NCBI GenBank assembly: GCA_964370395.1
Contig: CAYJIZ010000006.1
Location: 1-64,000, forward strand
Direction: 5' to 3'
Length of the DNA stretch: 64,000 nt
Origin: an uncultured Erysipelotrichaceae bacterium
GTDB taxonomy: Bacteria > Bacillota_I > Bacilli_A > Erysipelotrichales > Erysipelotrichaceae
This document shows, in pieces, positions 1 through 10,409 of the stretch. The position numbers and the translations under genes are program-made. A model generated the notes under the pieces. That model was not told the DNA's origin and searched no databases. It worked only from the letters and a program-made list of their open reading frames with translations. The stretch's first letter is position 1. The number at the start of each line of letters is the position of its first letter.

Positions 1-2
1 CA

Positions 3-149
3 TTTGTTATTGGTGATAATGAACGTGATGAAAAAACAATTAGTTTTAGAAGACACGGTAGTCAAAAAACTACAACAATGACACAAGAAGAATTTATTTC
101 GTACATTGAGGAAGAAATTACAAGTAAATTAATTTATAAAAATGACTAA
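3..149 (+). CDS. thrS: 3' end (partial) of threonyl-tRNA synthetase; translates ...FVIGDNERDEKTISFRRHGSQKTTTMTQEEFISYIEEEITSKLIYKND*
   Basis: Translated frame ends at TAA 147-149. The motif resembles the class II aaRS anticodon-binding C-terminus (VVGDKE..VsvR.R type) that ends ThrRS. The 5' part lies outside the window. Confidence 0.5.
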   Translation, partial: FVIGDNERDEKTISFRRHGSQKTTTMTQEEFISYIEEEITSKLIYKND

Positions 150-153
150 TACT

Positions 154-190
154 AAGCCTAAGCTCTCATTATGACAGCTTAGGTTTTTAT
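154..190 (+). terminator. Rho-independent terminator after thrS fragment
   Basis: Inverted repeat cctaagct...agcttagg followed by TTTTT. Confidence 0.7.
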
Positions 191-279
191 TGTTAAAATA
201 TGTGAAATGTTAAAAAAGTAGAAAAGGATGTATAAATGTTTTATAATAAACTGTGAATGTAACGAAAGAGGTGTCGAAT

Positions 280-3200
280 TTGAAGAAGTTAATTGTATGT
301 TTACTATGTGTGTTTACATTTATTGTAACAATACAAATAGATGGGTTATCTAGCGTGTATGCCCAAGAAGAGCAATCAGATACGCAAAACGTAGAAGATT
401 CGCAAGAAGGTGCAGAAATATTGTTGCCTGATGAGCAAGAGCAACAAGGAGAAGGTGGAGAGATAATACTCCCTGAGGAAGAATCAACGCAAGAAGCTCC
501 ACAAATGCTTGAAGATCAAACAGAAGAAAATACTATACCTAGTGATGACTTCACGAAATATGATGTAGGTACTGAATCTGTGCTTGATGAGAATCATGTG
601 TTTACAGCGCTTGATGAGGCTGGGAATGTAATTATTTTGGACCAAGCACAGCTTGAGGCAGAAACACAAAGTATGTTAGAACAAATCGCACAAATAGAAA
701 GTCAGAGTGCGCAAACAAGAAGTGTTCGTAGTTCGTATTCAATTGTGAACTTTAGAACTAAATCCTCAGCGTATTATAATACAAATTATACCTATGTGGA
801 TTCTGGTGCGGATGGATATACAAATGGGTACTATGCTGCGGATGCCGCGTTTCTTGGTTATAATGAGAGTGGAACACATGTAAAATTTATGCAGGCTGGT
901 GCTGTTGGATGGGTTGCAGCAAGTGAAGTGCAAATACTACCGTATAATGTCTACTATCCTAGTTATTATACATATTCAAATGGAAATATAATACATCATT
1001 ATACAACCAATATATTAGCTGAGACAGGTTATTCCACGAATATTGGTCCGGCGAATTTTAATATGAATGCGGGTATGAAATATTATAGTTATGATGGTCA
1101 TTATTTTTATACTTCGTTTGAAGTGATGATTAATGATTATGTAGCAGGGCATCGCAACAATGCAGTAAATGCGAACACACCCTATTACAATTATTACCAA
1201 TTTTTATCACATCGTAGTACAACAACATTTGATGCGACAACCATCAATAATTATATAAATGCGAAAACAACAAGTGCATCTAAGTTATATAATACAGGAG
1301 ATGCGTTTATTACTTATCAAAATACCTATGGTGTAAATGCGCTATTGATGTTTGGAGTTGCAGTAAATGAAAGTGGTTGGGGAATGAGTAGTATTGCACA
1401 GACAAAAAACAATTTGTTTGGGCATGCAGCGTATGATATAAGTCCAGGTACTTCTTCTTCGATGTATTCTTCTGTATCGGCAAGTATTAAAGAACATGCA
1501 CAAGGGTTTATATCAACGGGATATATTAATCCAAATGATTGGCGTTATTATGGAGGACATTTAGGAGATAAGAGTAGTGGATTTAATGTGAAGTATGCTT
1601 CGGATCCTTATTGGGGGCAAAAAGCTGCGGCACAAGCATGGGCATTAAATAATTTTTCTCCACAAGCAAAAGATAGCACGCAATATACAATGGCTATTAA
1701 AGAGTCCTCTTCTGTATTTAATATTCGAAAAGAGGCGACAACAGCAAGTTCTGTTTTATATGATACGAATATGACACCTAACTATCCAGTGATTGTTAGT
1801 GAGACACTACAAGGTCAATTTGTTTCTGGTTCTGATGTTTGGTATAAAGTGCATAGTGATGCTCCTTTATCAAGTGATAGAAGCGTAGTGAATATAGGAG
1901 ATGGGACTTATAATTTTGGTAGAGATTATGTATATACACATTCAAGTGCCTTTGATATTGTCCATGTTGGTGAAAATGTTCCCGCTAATTTTGAAATTAA
2001 GACACTTAAAGAGAATGAAACGTATCAGTTGTCTTTGCAAGGAGGAGATGTCTCTAGCAAGGATTCAGTAAGTTTTGTAGTATGGAGTGCAGAAAATGGG
2101 CAAGATGACATTCTTTGGGTTCCTGCATACCGTCAAGGTAGTGGATGGTCCGTAGAGATTCAGATTTCTGATTTTAAATCTTCTGGTGAGTTTTATGTAC
2201 ATGTGTACGACACATCCAGTTCACAACCGCTCATGATTGCAAATGACACGTTTATGGTAGAAGATAAAATTGAGGGAAGTGTATCCATTTCGAATCAAAA
2301 TGTAGGTGTGAATCAACTAGAGGTTAGTGTTACTCCATTAAATGTTACAAGTGGGGTTAAAGAGGTTCTTGTTCCAACGTGGAGAGGAACAAGTCAAAAT
2401 GACATTGTTTGGTATAGTGCGACAAAGCAAAGTGATGGAACTTATAAAGTGTTGATTGATTTAGATAATCACGATGCGAGTGGAGACCTAAATATACATA
2501 CATATATATATAATAATTTTTCACAATCTAAATTAGTGGACAAGCGAGTATATTCGCAAAGTAAACTAACACTGACACCAAATAACACACAGACACAATA
2601 TACGATGACAGTGAATGATGGAATTCCTACGTTCTCACAAGATTTACGTATTGCTGTGTGGAGTAATCAAGGAAATCAAGACGATTTACAGTGGTACAAT
2701 GGCATTGAAATGACAAATGGAAAGTATACACTACCAATAGATATTTCTGACTATAAAAACTCTGGTGAATATCAAGTACATGTTTACGGTGAAGGAGATT
2801 CTGTTTTGTTGACTTCAACATTTGAGGTTACTAGCGTTCCCCAAATTACACCTACTATTGAAAGAATAGATAGTACTAATTTTAGGATTACTATGACAAT
2901 TTCAGACGTACCTTCAAAAGTTCAAGAAGTGCATGTTCCGATTTGGAGTGATAACAATCAATCTGACATACAGTGGTTTGTTGCTTCTAGTGTGGGGAAT
3001 GGTAAGTATGAAGTTGTTGTGAATAAAAATGAGTTTATTAATTCTCTTTTGCATATTCATATTTATGCAAGAACTCTAAATGGGTTCATGGATAATATCT
3101 TTGAAGGGACATATACTTTGGAAGATGCAAAATACTCATTTTCAACAACTTTAAATGATAACAGTTATAGTTTATATACTGTGAAGCTGGAAACACCATA

Positions 3201-4635
3201 TATTTCAAGCGATGCAACTGTCTCGTTTGCAATATGGAGTTTGGAAGGTGGACAAGACGATTTAATATGGAATGATACAAAAGGTACTAATGGTGTATGG
3301 ACACATTCGTTAAATGTGGCAAGTTATAAAAGTTTAGGAGAATATGCTGTGCATGCGTATGTGAGAAATGCAGATGGTTCAATGAAGTTTATTGATGCTA
3401 TGAATTTTGATGCACCTTTTATAGCAGATGCTAGCTTACGAATGGTAAATATTAATGAATCAAATGGAAGTATGGATTTGATAGTTGATATACAAGGTGT
3501 TACCGGTGGGGTGCAGGAAGTTTTAATTCCAACATGGTCAAAGCAAGATCAATCGAATATTGTTTGGTATCGTGCAATACGACAAAGTGATAACACTTAT
3601 AAAGTTACAATGGATATCGCAAACCACTTATATGAACTAGGTAATTACCAAATGCATGTATATATTAGAAATGATATGGGAGTACAAACCCTAGTAGATA
3701 AAGCGACATATTCGTTTTCGCAAAGTGCAGATATCTTTAGTGTGAGTGATGTATATGAAAACCAAACGGTGTACAACTTAAATATTAATAATGTGAATCT
3801 ATCACAAGGTGAAAGTTTACGTGTTGCTGTTTGGGGAGCACAAGATGGTCAAAATGATTTAGAATGGATACAAATGAATACATCGGGTACTAATCACTCA
3901 GCGACTATGCGAATGATAAATCATAAGGAAACTGGTGTTTACTATGCCCATGTCTATGTACATAGTGCGAATGGATCCATGCGCTTACTTACAGCGAAAG
4001 AATTAATTATTACAGCGCCTGTTCTTGACTTAAGTGTTGTTAAGTTGACAGATTCTACTTTTGAATTAACAATTCAAGTAAGCGATGTTGGAAGTGCTAT
4101 AGAGTATATAGATGTACCAATTTGGAGTGGTAAAAATCAGAGTGATATTATTTGGTATCGAGCAACAAAAAAAGATGCACAAACATTTACAGTTTTTGTG
4201 GACACCGCGAAGCACGATGGTAATTTAGGGTTATACCATATCCATGTGTATACGAAACAAGTTAATGGTGCCTATTCCTTTGTTGGATCTACAACACAAG
4301 ATATGCGCTTGACCGGACAAAGTATTGCAGATGCGGCGTTAGCGCAAGTTGGAGTTATCCAGGATTGTACGATGTTAGTGACAAACGCTTTAAAAGCAGT
4401 GGGCATTCATTATCATGGAGCTCCTGAGTCTTATGCATCACTGGGTTATGAAGTTAGTGCAAGTGAAGCAAAAGCGGGCGATATTTTAGTGTATGAGGGT
4501 CATTGTGCTATTTATTTAGGTGATGATTTAGCAGTCCATGGAGGTTTTACAAATTCGCAAGGAGGCAATCAAACGGTTGTATTTTCAGCGACAAAAACAA
4601 GTTCGGGTATACCTAGATATATTCGTGTTGTTTAA
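280..4635 (+). CDS. Secreted bimodular peptidoglycan hydrolase: N-terminal signal peptide, GH73 N-acetylglucosaminidase domain, ~8 GBS Bsp-like repeats, C-terminal NlpC/P60-CHAP-like Cys/His domain
   Basis: Likely start is TTG 280, with GAGGTG 7 nt upstream; the ORF track begins at 253. Signal peptide MKKLIVCLLCVFTFIVTIQIDGLSSVYA. Glucosaminidase motif NALLMFGVAVNESGWGMS..NNLFGHAAYD. Repeated VWSxxxGQDDLxWY / (V/I)P(T/I)WSxxxQ(S/N)DIxWY units. C-terminus has ...QDCTMLVTNAL...GHCAIYLG. Confidence 0.8.
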   Translation: MKKLIVCLLCVFTFIVTIQIDGLSSVYAQEEQSDTQNVEDSQEGAEILLPDEQEQQGEGGEIILPEEESTQEAPQMLEDQTEENTIPSDDFTKYDVGTESVLDENHVFTALDEAGNVIILDQAQLEAETQSMLEQIAQIESQSAQTRSVRSSYSIVNFRTKSSAYYNTNYTYVDSGADGYTNGYYAADAAFLGYNESGTHVKFMQAGAVGWVAASEVQILPYNVYYPSYYTYSNGNIIHHYTTNILAETGYSTNIGPANFNMNAGMKYYSYDGHYFYTSFEVMINDYVAGHRNNAVNANTPYYNYYQFLSHRSTTTFDATTINNYINAKTTSASKLYNTGDAFITYQNTYGVNALLMFGVAVNESGWGMSSIAQTKNNLFGHAAYDISPGTSSSMYSSVSASIKEHAQGFISTGYINPNDWRYYGGHLGDKSSGFNVKYASDPYWGQKAAAQAWALNNFSPQAKDSTQYTMAIKESSSVFNIRKEATTASSVLYDTNMTPNYPVIVSETLQGQFVSGSDVWYKVHSDAPLSSDRSVVNIGDGTYNFGRDYVYTHSSAFDIVHVGENVPANFEIKTLKENETYQLSLQGGDVSSKDSVSFVVWSAENGQDDILWVPAYRQGSGWSVEIQISDFKSSGEFYVHVYDTSSSQPLMIANDTFMVEDKIEGSVSISNQNVGVNQLEVSVTPLNVTSGVKEVLVPTWRGTSQNDIVWYSATKQSDGTYKVLIDLDNHDASGDLNIHTYIYNNFSQSKLVDKRVYSQSKLTLTPNNTQTQYTMTVNDGIPTFSQDLRIAVWSNQGNQDDLQWYNGIEMTNGKYTLPIDISDYKNSGEYQVHVYGEGDSVLLTSTFEVTSVPQITPTIERIDSTNFRITMTISDVPSKVQEVHVPIWSDNNQSDIQWFVASSVGNGKYEVVVNKNEFINSLLHIHIYARTLNGFMDNIFEGTYTLEDAKYSFSTTLNDNSYSLYTVKLETPYISSDATVSFAIWSLEGGQDDLIWNDTKGTNGVWTHSLNVASYKSLGEYAVHAYVRNADGSMKFIDAMNFDAPFIADASLRMVNINESNGSMDLIVDIQGVTGGVQEVLIPTWSKQDQSNIVWYRAIRQSDNTYKVTMDIANHLYELGNYQMHVYIRNDMGVQTLVDKATYSFSQSADIFSVSDVYENQTVYNLNINNVNLSQGESLRVAVWGAQDGQNDLEWIQMNTSGTNHSATMRMINHKETGVYYAHVYVHSANGSMRLLTAKELIITAPVLDLSVVKLTDSTFELTIQVSDVGSAIEYIDVPIWSGKNQSDIIWYRATKKDAQTFTVFVDTAKHDGNLGLYHIHVYTKQVNGAYSFVGSTTQDMRLTGQSIADAALAQVGVIQDCTMLVTNALKAVGIHYHGAPESYASLGYEVSASEAKAGDILVYEGHCAIYLGDDLAVHGGFTNSQGGNQTVVFSATKTSSGIPRYIRVV
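2000..4300 (+). repeat. About 8 tandem ~100-aa GBS Bsp-like repeats inside the hydrolase gene (protein-level repeat, diverged at DNA level)
   Basis: Recurring FVVWSAENGQDDILWV, VPTWRGTSQNDIVWY, IAVWSNQGNQDDLQWY, VPIWSDNNQSDIQWF, FAIWSLEGGQDDLIWN, IPTWSKQDQSNIVWY, VAVWGAQDGQNDLEWI, VPIWSGKNQSDIIWY, each followed by a (Y/H)xHVY segment. Confidence 0.6.
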
Positions 4636-4719
4636 GAAGTACAATGTAAAATAAATGATAATACTATTTATCATTTTGTGTGCAGTGGATGAAATAAAAC
4701 ATTACAGTTACAATTAGAG

Positions 4720-4751
4720 GAGTGGTGATATAAGTGTCACTACTCTTTTTT
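4720..4751 (+). terminator. Putative intrinsic terminator after hydrolase gene
   Basis: gagtggtga...tcactactc hairpin (one G-U pair) followed by TTTTTT. Confidence 0.5.
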
Positions 4752-4798
4752 GTAACTCAAAGTAGCATTTTTATATCTTTTCCTATATAATCATACTT

Positions 4799-5101
4799 AT
4801 GAAAAAGATAAATACAAATATAAGTAAGATGCTATTTGCTACAAGTCAAGATTTCTTTGCAGCAAGAGATAAAATGTATAGTGAATTGAGTATAGCGCAA
4901 ATGATACAGGAGTTGAAGGAGTATGACATTCATTTAGATGTAGATAGGATTCAACAACAAATTTTAAAGATTGGTTTTGATAATGTAGTTGAGTTTTATA
5001 ACGAAAAGTATGAAACACAACTTGATATACTTGCAGGAAAGTGCTATTTGTTTGATGATGATGCAATATTGTATGTAGTTGAAAAGATAATGGAAAATTA
5101 G
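4799..5101 (+). CDS. Small cytoplasmic hypothetical protein (100 aa), 10 bp upstream of ygiQ
   Basis: Intact ORF tightly coupled to the next gene. No recognisable motifs. Confidence 0.4.
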   Translation: MKKINTNISKMLFATSQDFFAARDKMYSELSIAQMIQELKEYDIHLDVDRIQQQILKIGFDNVVEFYNEKYETQLDILAGKCYLFDDDAILYVVEKIMEN

Positions 5102-5110
5102 AGGTTAATT

Positions 5111-6985
5111 ATGAATGATTTTTTACCAATAACAAAAGAAGAGATGTTAAATAGAGGTTGGCAACAACCGGATTTTGTATATGTGAGTGGAGATGCCTAT
5201 GTAGATCATCCTTCCTTTGGTGCAGCGATAGTCACAAGAGTATTAGAGAGTAATGGATATAAAGTTTGTTTCTTAGCGCAGCCCAATTGGCGTGATACAG
5301 AGGATTTTATGCGTTTTGGAAAACCAAGGTTGGGGTTTTTAGTGTCTTCTGGAAATATTGATAGTATGGTAAATCACTATTCGGTTTCAAAGAAACGTAG
5401 AAAGAAGGATAGTTATTCACCGAATGCAGAAATGGGGAAAAGACCAGATCGTGCAGTCATAGTATATTCGCAAAAAATACGTGAGGCATACCCTGATGCT
5501 GCTATTATCATTGGAGGTATAGAGGCGAGTTTAAGAAGATTGTCTCATTATGATTATTGGGATAACAAAGTACGTAAGTCTATCATTATTGATGCGAATG
5601 CAGATTTGTTGTTGTATGGAATGGGTGAAAATAGTGTTGTCGAGGTAGCTGATGCATTAGATAGTGGATTGGACATTAAAGACATCACCTACTTAGATGG
5701 AACGGTGTTTAAAACAAAAGATGCCTCATTAGCGTTTGAACCACTAATGCTGCCTCAATATGAAGAAATAAGTAAAGATAAAAAGTTATATGCAAAAAGT
5801 TTTAATATGCAGTACAAGAATACAGATCATCATGTGGCAAAAACATTAGTTGAGCCTTATAAAGGGTGGTATGTTGTGCAAAACAAACCAAATAGACCTT
5901 TGACACAATCTGAGTTTGATCGCGCGTATGGACTTCCATACACAAGAGAGTATCATCCTATTTATAAACAGAAAGGACATATTCCTGCAATTGATGAAGT
6001 GAAGTTTTCACTAATTAGTAATCGAGGATGTTTTGGAGCTTGTAATTTTTGTGCGCTAACCTTTCATCAAGGTAGAGTGATTCAAAGTAGGAGTCATGAG
6101 AGCATTATTAGTGAAGCTCAAAAAATGATTTGGGATCCTGAATTCAAAGGATATATTCATGATGTAGGAGGACCAACTGCAAACTTTAGAGGAAGTGCCT
6201 GTGATAAACAAAAAGAACATGGTTCTTGCGCCCATAAACAGTGTTTATGGCCAAAACCATGTAACAATTTAAAAGTGGATCATAGTGATTATTTAACATT
6301 ACTACAAAAGTTAAGACAATTACCAAATGTGAAAAAAGTCTTTGTGCGTAGTGGAATTCGATATGACTATTTAATGTATGATCGTGATGATCGTTTCTTT
6401 AAGGAGTTAGTGCAATTTCACATTAGTGGACAATTGAAGGTGGCTCCAGAGCACATTAGTGATCGAGTGTTGGACACGATGGGTAAACCAGGAAGAGGGT
6501 TATACCAAAAATTTGTTGAAAAGTACTATCGTTTAAATGAGAAGTATGATAAAAACCAATACTTAGTACCATACTTAATGTCTTCTCACCCAGGAAGTGA
6601 CTTACATGCAGCGATAGAGTTGGCTGAATATTTGAGAGATATTAAACATCAACCAGAACAGGTTCAAGATTTTTATCCAACGCCAGGAACTTTGAGTACG
6701 GCAATGTATTACACGGGTATGGATCCACGAGATTTAAGTAAAGTTCATGTTGTGAAAACAGCAAGGGAAAAGGCAATGCAACGTGCATTGATTCAATATC
6801 GTAATCCAAAAAATTACCAATTGGTGTATGAGGCATTAATGCAAGCGAAACGTAGTGATTTGATAGGGCATGGGACAAAGTGTTTAATACGTCCTAAAGG
6901 GAATCCAAACAGCAATTATCAACCGTATCGAAAAGATGCGAAGAAGCCATATCAAAAAAATATTAGAAAAAAGAGCGGGAAATAA
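5111..6985 (+). CDS. ygiQ: YgiQ family (UPF0313) radical SAM protein
   Basis: N-terminus [37 protein letters not shown] is characteristic of YgiQ. CxxxCxxC-type cluster region [25 protein letters not shown] upstream. Confidence 0.9.
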   Translation: MNDFLPITKEEMLNRGWQQPDFVYVSGDAYVDHPSFGAAIVTRVLESNGYKVCFLAQPNWRDTEDFMRFGKPRLGFLVSSGNIDSMVNHYSVSKKRRKKDSYSPNAEMGKRPDRAVIVYSQKIREAYPDAAIIIGGIEASLRRLSHYDYWDNKVRKSIIIDANADLLLYGMGENSVVEVADALDSGLDIKDITYLDGTVFKTKDASLAFEPLMLPQYEEISKDKKLYAKSFNMQYKNTDHHVAKTLVEPYKGWYVVQNKPNRPLTQSEFDRAYGLPYTREYHPIYKQKGHIPAIDEVKFSLISNRGCFGACNFCALTFHQGRVIQSRSHESIISEAQKMIWDPEFKGYIHDVGGPTANFRGSACDKQKEHGSCAHKQCLWPKPCNNLKVDHSDYLTLLQKLRQLPNVKKVFVRSGIRYDYLMYDRDDRFFKELVQFHISGQLKVAPEHISDRVLDTMGKPGRGLYQKFVEKYYRLNEKYDKNQYLVPYLMSSHPGSDLHAAIELAEYLRDIKHQPEQVQDFYPTPGTLSTAMYYTGMDPRDLSKVHVVKTAREKAMQRALIQYRNPKNYQLVYEALMQAKRSDLIGHGTKCLIRPKGNPNSNYQPYRKDAKKPYQKNIRKKSGK

Positions 6986-6994
6986 TTCTCGCTC

Positions 6995-7846
6995 TTATTT
7001 AATATATTTTATAAGGTTTGCATGTTCATCAATGACTGGAACGATGCTATCATCTTTGCTAGAAAACAAAATTGCAACACCAGGCCCATGTCCAGAAGTG
7101 AAAGAATCAGAATGCACAATGACTCCTATACTTACGCTTCCTTTTGCATAGTGTGGTCCATTGTGACAATTATGATCTTGAATGGCAACAAAGTCACCAA
7201 ATCGAAGTGAATCCAAACGGAATTCTTTGACTGCTTGTGGATCTTGTGTCATGATGTCATAATCTCCACTCACAATTTGTGGACTCCCTAAACCAGATCC
7301 CATTAAGTATGCAGGTACAATGTGTGTTACTGGTATGTGTAATTGATTGTTTACTTCTTTGATATCTAATTTTTCTAATAAACTAGGATCACAGTTTTGT
7401 ATTTTTACATTTGGATAGTCGCAGGCAACCAATCCAGTACCATATGCTTTGATTGCAATTTTATCATCGATATTCAATTCTTCTAATGTCTCCTGATCAA
7501 AATATATGAATACATGTTCAATTCCACCGTGTGTTCCACATACGATACCTGTTTTACCTTTTGCATCCCCGCTAATCACTTTTGCGATATTTCCAACACA
7601 ACTGAAAATGTTCAGTGCATTATTTTCTGCGTTATCTGGGTTTTGTAAACTTACCCCTGGTTCAACATGATCACCAGCAAGTCCCATACAACGATCACCT
7701 ATTTGAAAGTTATAAGTGATTCCACCTGTTCCAGGAATGATTCTTCCTTGATTATCAAATCCAGTACGATATCCCCCATTATGCTTTGGGTGATGTATTT
7801 TTCCTTGTACGGATTGCATTACTAAGTCTTTTTTGTTTGTTTTCAT
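6995..7846 (-). CDS. DUF4438-like hypothetical protein
   Basis: 283-aa minus-strand ORF with RBS GGAGGA before the ATG. Gly-rich beta-type sequence resembling the DUF4438 family. One of only three minus-strand genes in the window. Confidence 0.5.
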   Translation of the reverse strand: MKTNKKDLVMQSVQGKIHHPKHNGGYRTGFDNQGRIIPGTGGITYNFQIGDRCMGLAGDHVEPGVSLQNPDNAENNALNIFSCVGNIAKVISGDAKGKTGIVCGTHGGIEHVFIYFDQETLEELNIDDKIAIKAYGTGLVACDYPNVKIQNCDPSLLEKLDIKEVNNQLHIPVTHIVPAYLMGSGLGSPQIVSGDYDIMTQDPQAVKEFRLDSLRFGDFVAIQDHNCHNGPHYAKGSVSIGVIVHSDSFTSGHGPGVAILFSSKDDSIVPVIDEHANLIKYIK

Positions 7847-7909
7847 AAATCCTCCTTAAATCGACATGAATTTATTATAGCATGTTATAATGAGATTGGT
7901 GGTGATAAA

Positions 7910-8866
7910 ATGATACGAATTCATAAATGTAAAAGTAATAAAAGAGAACCTTTACCTTTCCAAAAAGATATCCTTTCCAAGAAGGTAGCTGAAATAGAAA
8001 AAGCGAATGCTGCACACAAACGTGGAGTAAGTATGAAAAATAGAGTAATTCATTCCTTGTTACCTTCGTTTACAATGAAGTTAGTTCAAAATCAGATGGG
8101 ATTATATATCATAGATGTTCAAATATTAAATACGACTTGTAAATTTCTATTGGATACAGGCGCACAAATTAGTGGGATACTTTCTAGTCAAATTCATATT
8201 CTTGATCAAAGTAAAAAAGAACAAGAAATTCTTGTGAAAAGTGCTTCAGGACAAATGAAACATATGGAATGTCTAGTCATAGATAAATTGTATTTAGGTG
8301 CAATGTGCATAGAGCATCAACCAATGGTTGTGTTGGATGAGAAAGATTTTAAATATAAGTTTTTAAATATAAATATTATGCAATTTGATGGTATTATTGG
8401 TTGGGATATCTTAAGTCAGTTTGATTTTGAAATCCAAAGCGAAAAAGGTTTGTTTAAGGTGTTGGATGTTAGAAAACAATTTGATTATCAAAATATGATT
8501 CCTTCGTATTTGCCTATTGTTGCCATACACGATTATAAGGGTGAGTTAGCGATGTTTGGCATTGATAGTGGCGCACACCATAGTTGGTTGAATGCTCACT
8601 ATGTAAGTAAACAGCGTTATTATAGAAGCAAGGATAAGACAGTCTTTCAAGTGGGTGTATTTGGATTAGAGCGAGTACGTACACATTTTGTGAAACGTTG
8701 CAGCTTTTTATTAGACACATATAAAATTATGATGAAACATACACGCATAGCAGATACTGCGGTCTTATATGGATATAGTGTAGATGGTATGTTTGGTAAT
8801 GAAATATTTCAAGGAAAACGTGTACAGTTTTTGAATAGTAGGGCGATTGTAAGAATTATTGAATAA
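7910..8866 (+). CDS. Cytoplasmic two-domain retropepsin-like (clan AA) aspartic protease
   Basis: Two catalytic-type motifs, LLDTGAQISGI (N-terminal half) and GIDSGAHHSW (C-terminal half). No signal peptide. Confidence 0.5.
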   Translation: MIRIHKCKSNKREPLPFQKDILSKKVAEIEKANAAHKRGVSMKNRVIHSLLPSFTMKLVQNQMGLYIIDVQILNTTCKFLLDTGAQISGILSSQIHILDQSKKEQEILVKSASGQMKHMECLVIDKLYLGAMCIEHQPMVVLDEKDFKYKFLNINIMQFDGIIGWDILSQFDFEIQSEKGLFKVLDVRKQFDYQNMIPSYLPIVAIHDYKGELAMFGIDSGAHHSWLNAHYVSKQRYYRSKDKTVFQVGVFGLERVRTHFVKRCSFLLDTYKIMMKHTRIADTAVLYGYSVDGMFGNEIFQGKRVQFLNSRAIVRIIE

Positions 8867-8906
8867 GTATTGTACTGTGGTATAATAACTCTATGAAAGA
8901 GAGGTA

Positions 8907-9344
8907 ATGATTATGATTTTAGGAACTATTGAAATGGAAAATGGAGCTGTCATTCCATTTGAATTATACGATGAGGAGGCACCTATTACAGTTAATAACT
9001 TTGTGAAACTGATTAAAGAAGGGTATTATGATGGAAAAACTTTCCACCGTGTAATTGCTAATTTCGTGTCTCAAGGTGGTTGTCCAAATGGGAACGGAAC
9101 TGGAGATTTAGGGTACAGCATTCCTTGTGAAGCAAGTGCAAATACGCATAAACATGAAGCAGGAAGTTTATCTATGGCGCATAGAGGGAAAGATACAGGT
9201 TGCTGTCAATTCTTTATTTGTCATGAGGGACAACCGCACTTAGATGGTGTGCATACAGTTTTTGGAAAAGTAACAGACAACATGGGTGTTGTAAGAACAA
9301 TGCAAAATGGTGATGTTATGCAAAAGGTGAGCATTAGCGAATAG
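8907..9344 (+). CDS. ppiB: Cyclophilin-type peptidyl-prolyl cis-trans isomerase
   Basis: FHRVIANFVSQGGCP.GNGTGDLGYSIPCE...SLSMAHRG.DTGCCQFFIC cyclophilin signature. Start may be ATG 8913. Confidence 0.85.
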   Translation: MIMILGTIEMENGAVIPFELYDEEAPITVNNFVKLIKEGYYDGKTFHRVIANFVSQGGCPNGNGTGDLGYSIPCEASANTHKHEAGSLSMAHRGKDTGCCQFFICHEGQPHLDGVHTVFGKVTDNMGVVRTMQNGDVMQKVSISE

Positions 9345-9345
9345 T

Positions 9346-9690
9346 ATGAGTGATGTTAGAAAGTTGGGAGTACCTTTTTTAATTATTATTCTAGGTGCGT
9401 TTATGATCAAGCTTGTATCTACATACATTGATGTATCATGGCAAGTGATAAAAGTGTTAGAAACAATTGTGTTATGTGCATTTGGAGCTAGTTTGAATGC
9501 GACAAAGCGAAAAGGTGGGAATGGTGTTATTTATAAAGTGTTGGCTATTGTTATCGTAGTTATACTATTGTTAATGGAATTAGGTGTCGTTTCTATACCT
9601 TTTGTTGTTTCATTATTTACTACGATAGGAATATATCAGACATTTGTTTATTTATTATATATCTTTAGTGGATATATATTTATGGAGTAA
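9346..9690 (+). CDS. Small membrane protein (3 predicted TM helices), hypothetical
   Basis: Hydrophobic segments. Start overlaps the ppiB stop. Confidence 0.4.
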   Translation: MSDVRKLGVPFLIIILGAFMIKLVSTYIDVSWQVIKVLETIVLCAFGASLNATKRKGGNGVIYKVLAIVIVVILLLMELGVVSIPFVVSLFTTIGIYQTFVYLLYIFSGYIFME

Positions 9691-9693
9691 TAT

Positions 9694-10020
9694 ATGAAAA
9701 AAGTAACGTGTCCTTCTTGTAAAAAAGATATAACAATGCCAACATTTATGCTATTGAGTAGCATAGAATGTCAACATTGTAAAAAATCATTCTATTTTAC
9801 TAAAAAAATGTTTTTTATGCTTGTTGAAATGTTAATTCAAGTTGCCATATTATTCACTGTGTATGAACTGTTATATGTAGTAGCAGGTTTACCTTTGGTT
9901 TTGGTAGGTGTGCTTGTGCTTGGTTTATCTTTAGTGTTAATGAATGTGTTCACATGGATTTGTGTAAAGCTTTCTAAAAAGAATAAACTATATAAATTGG
10001 ATTCAAGAATAATAAAATAA
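9694..10020 (+). CDS. Zinc-ribbon (CPSC...CQHC) membrane protein, hypothetical
   Basis: N-terminal CxxC-x17-CxxC followed by 2 TM helices. Confidence 0.4.
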   Translation: MKKVTCPSCKKDITMPTFMLLSSIECQHCKKSFYFTKKMFFMLVEMLIQVAILFTVYELLYVVAGLPLVLVGVLVLGLSLVLMNVFTWICVKLSKKNKLYKLDSRIIK

Positions 10021-10060
10021 AAACAATCCCCTAGTGCTCAATTGTACTAGGGGATTGTTT
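10021..10060 (+). terminator. Perfect 15-bp hairpin aaacaatcccctagt/actaggggattgttt right after the stop (weak U-tract)
   Basis: Seen directly: 15-nt arms with a 10-nt loop. Confidence 0.5.
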
Positions 10061-10071
10061 TGTAATAGAAA

Positions 10072-10104
10072 AGAGAGCCGAATTATTATAGTGGCTCTCT
10101 TTTC
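10072..10104 (+). terminator. Second hairpin agagagcc/ggctctct + TTTT
   Basis: Seen directly. Confidence 0.55.
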
Positions 10105-10409
10105 ATTATAAGGGGATAGAAATGTATGAAATATAATAGGGGTTATAATTCATACAGCAAGGGTTTCTACCTTGCATGGGTATTATATAATAAACAAAAT
10201 CAAATGTACACTAAAAAACAAAAAAATTTTTAACTTTTTATATGTAAGGGTTTTCTTGTTTCGTAGTGGGAATAATAGGTTAAAAATATTGGGAAAATTA
10301 GGTAAAAAAGAGGCGAGTTTAGGCATTCTAAAATAAAAAGTAAAAATAAATTGTGTTTTACTATTGTTGTGTTATACTTAATCCATTGTTTAAATAGAAA
10401 AGAGGTTAT

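Noticed and set aside
253-279. Upstream GTG extension of the hydrolase ORF (ORF track start 253)
   Set aside because: No RBS. TTG at 280 has GAGGTG 7 nt upstream and begins a canonical signal peptide MKKLIV..., so the shorter start is preferred.
6936-7210. Two short + strand ORFs (71 and 62 aa)
   Set aside because: Overlap the minus-strand DUF4438 gene, which has an RBS and a full-length protein-like translation.
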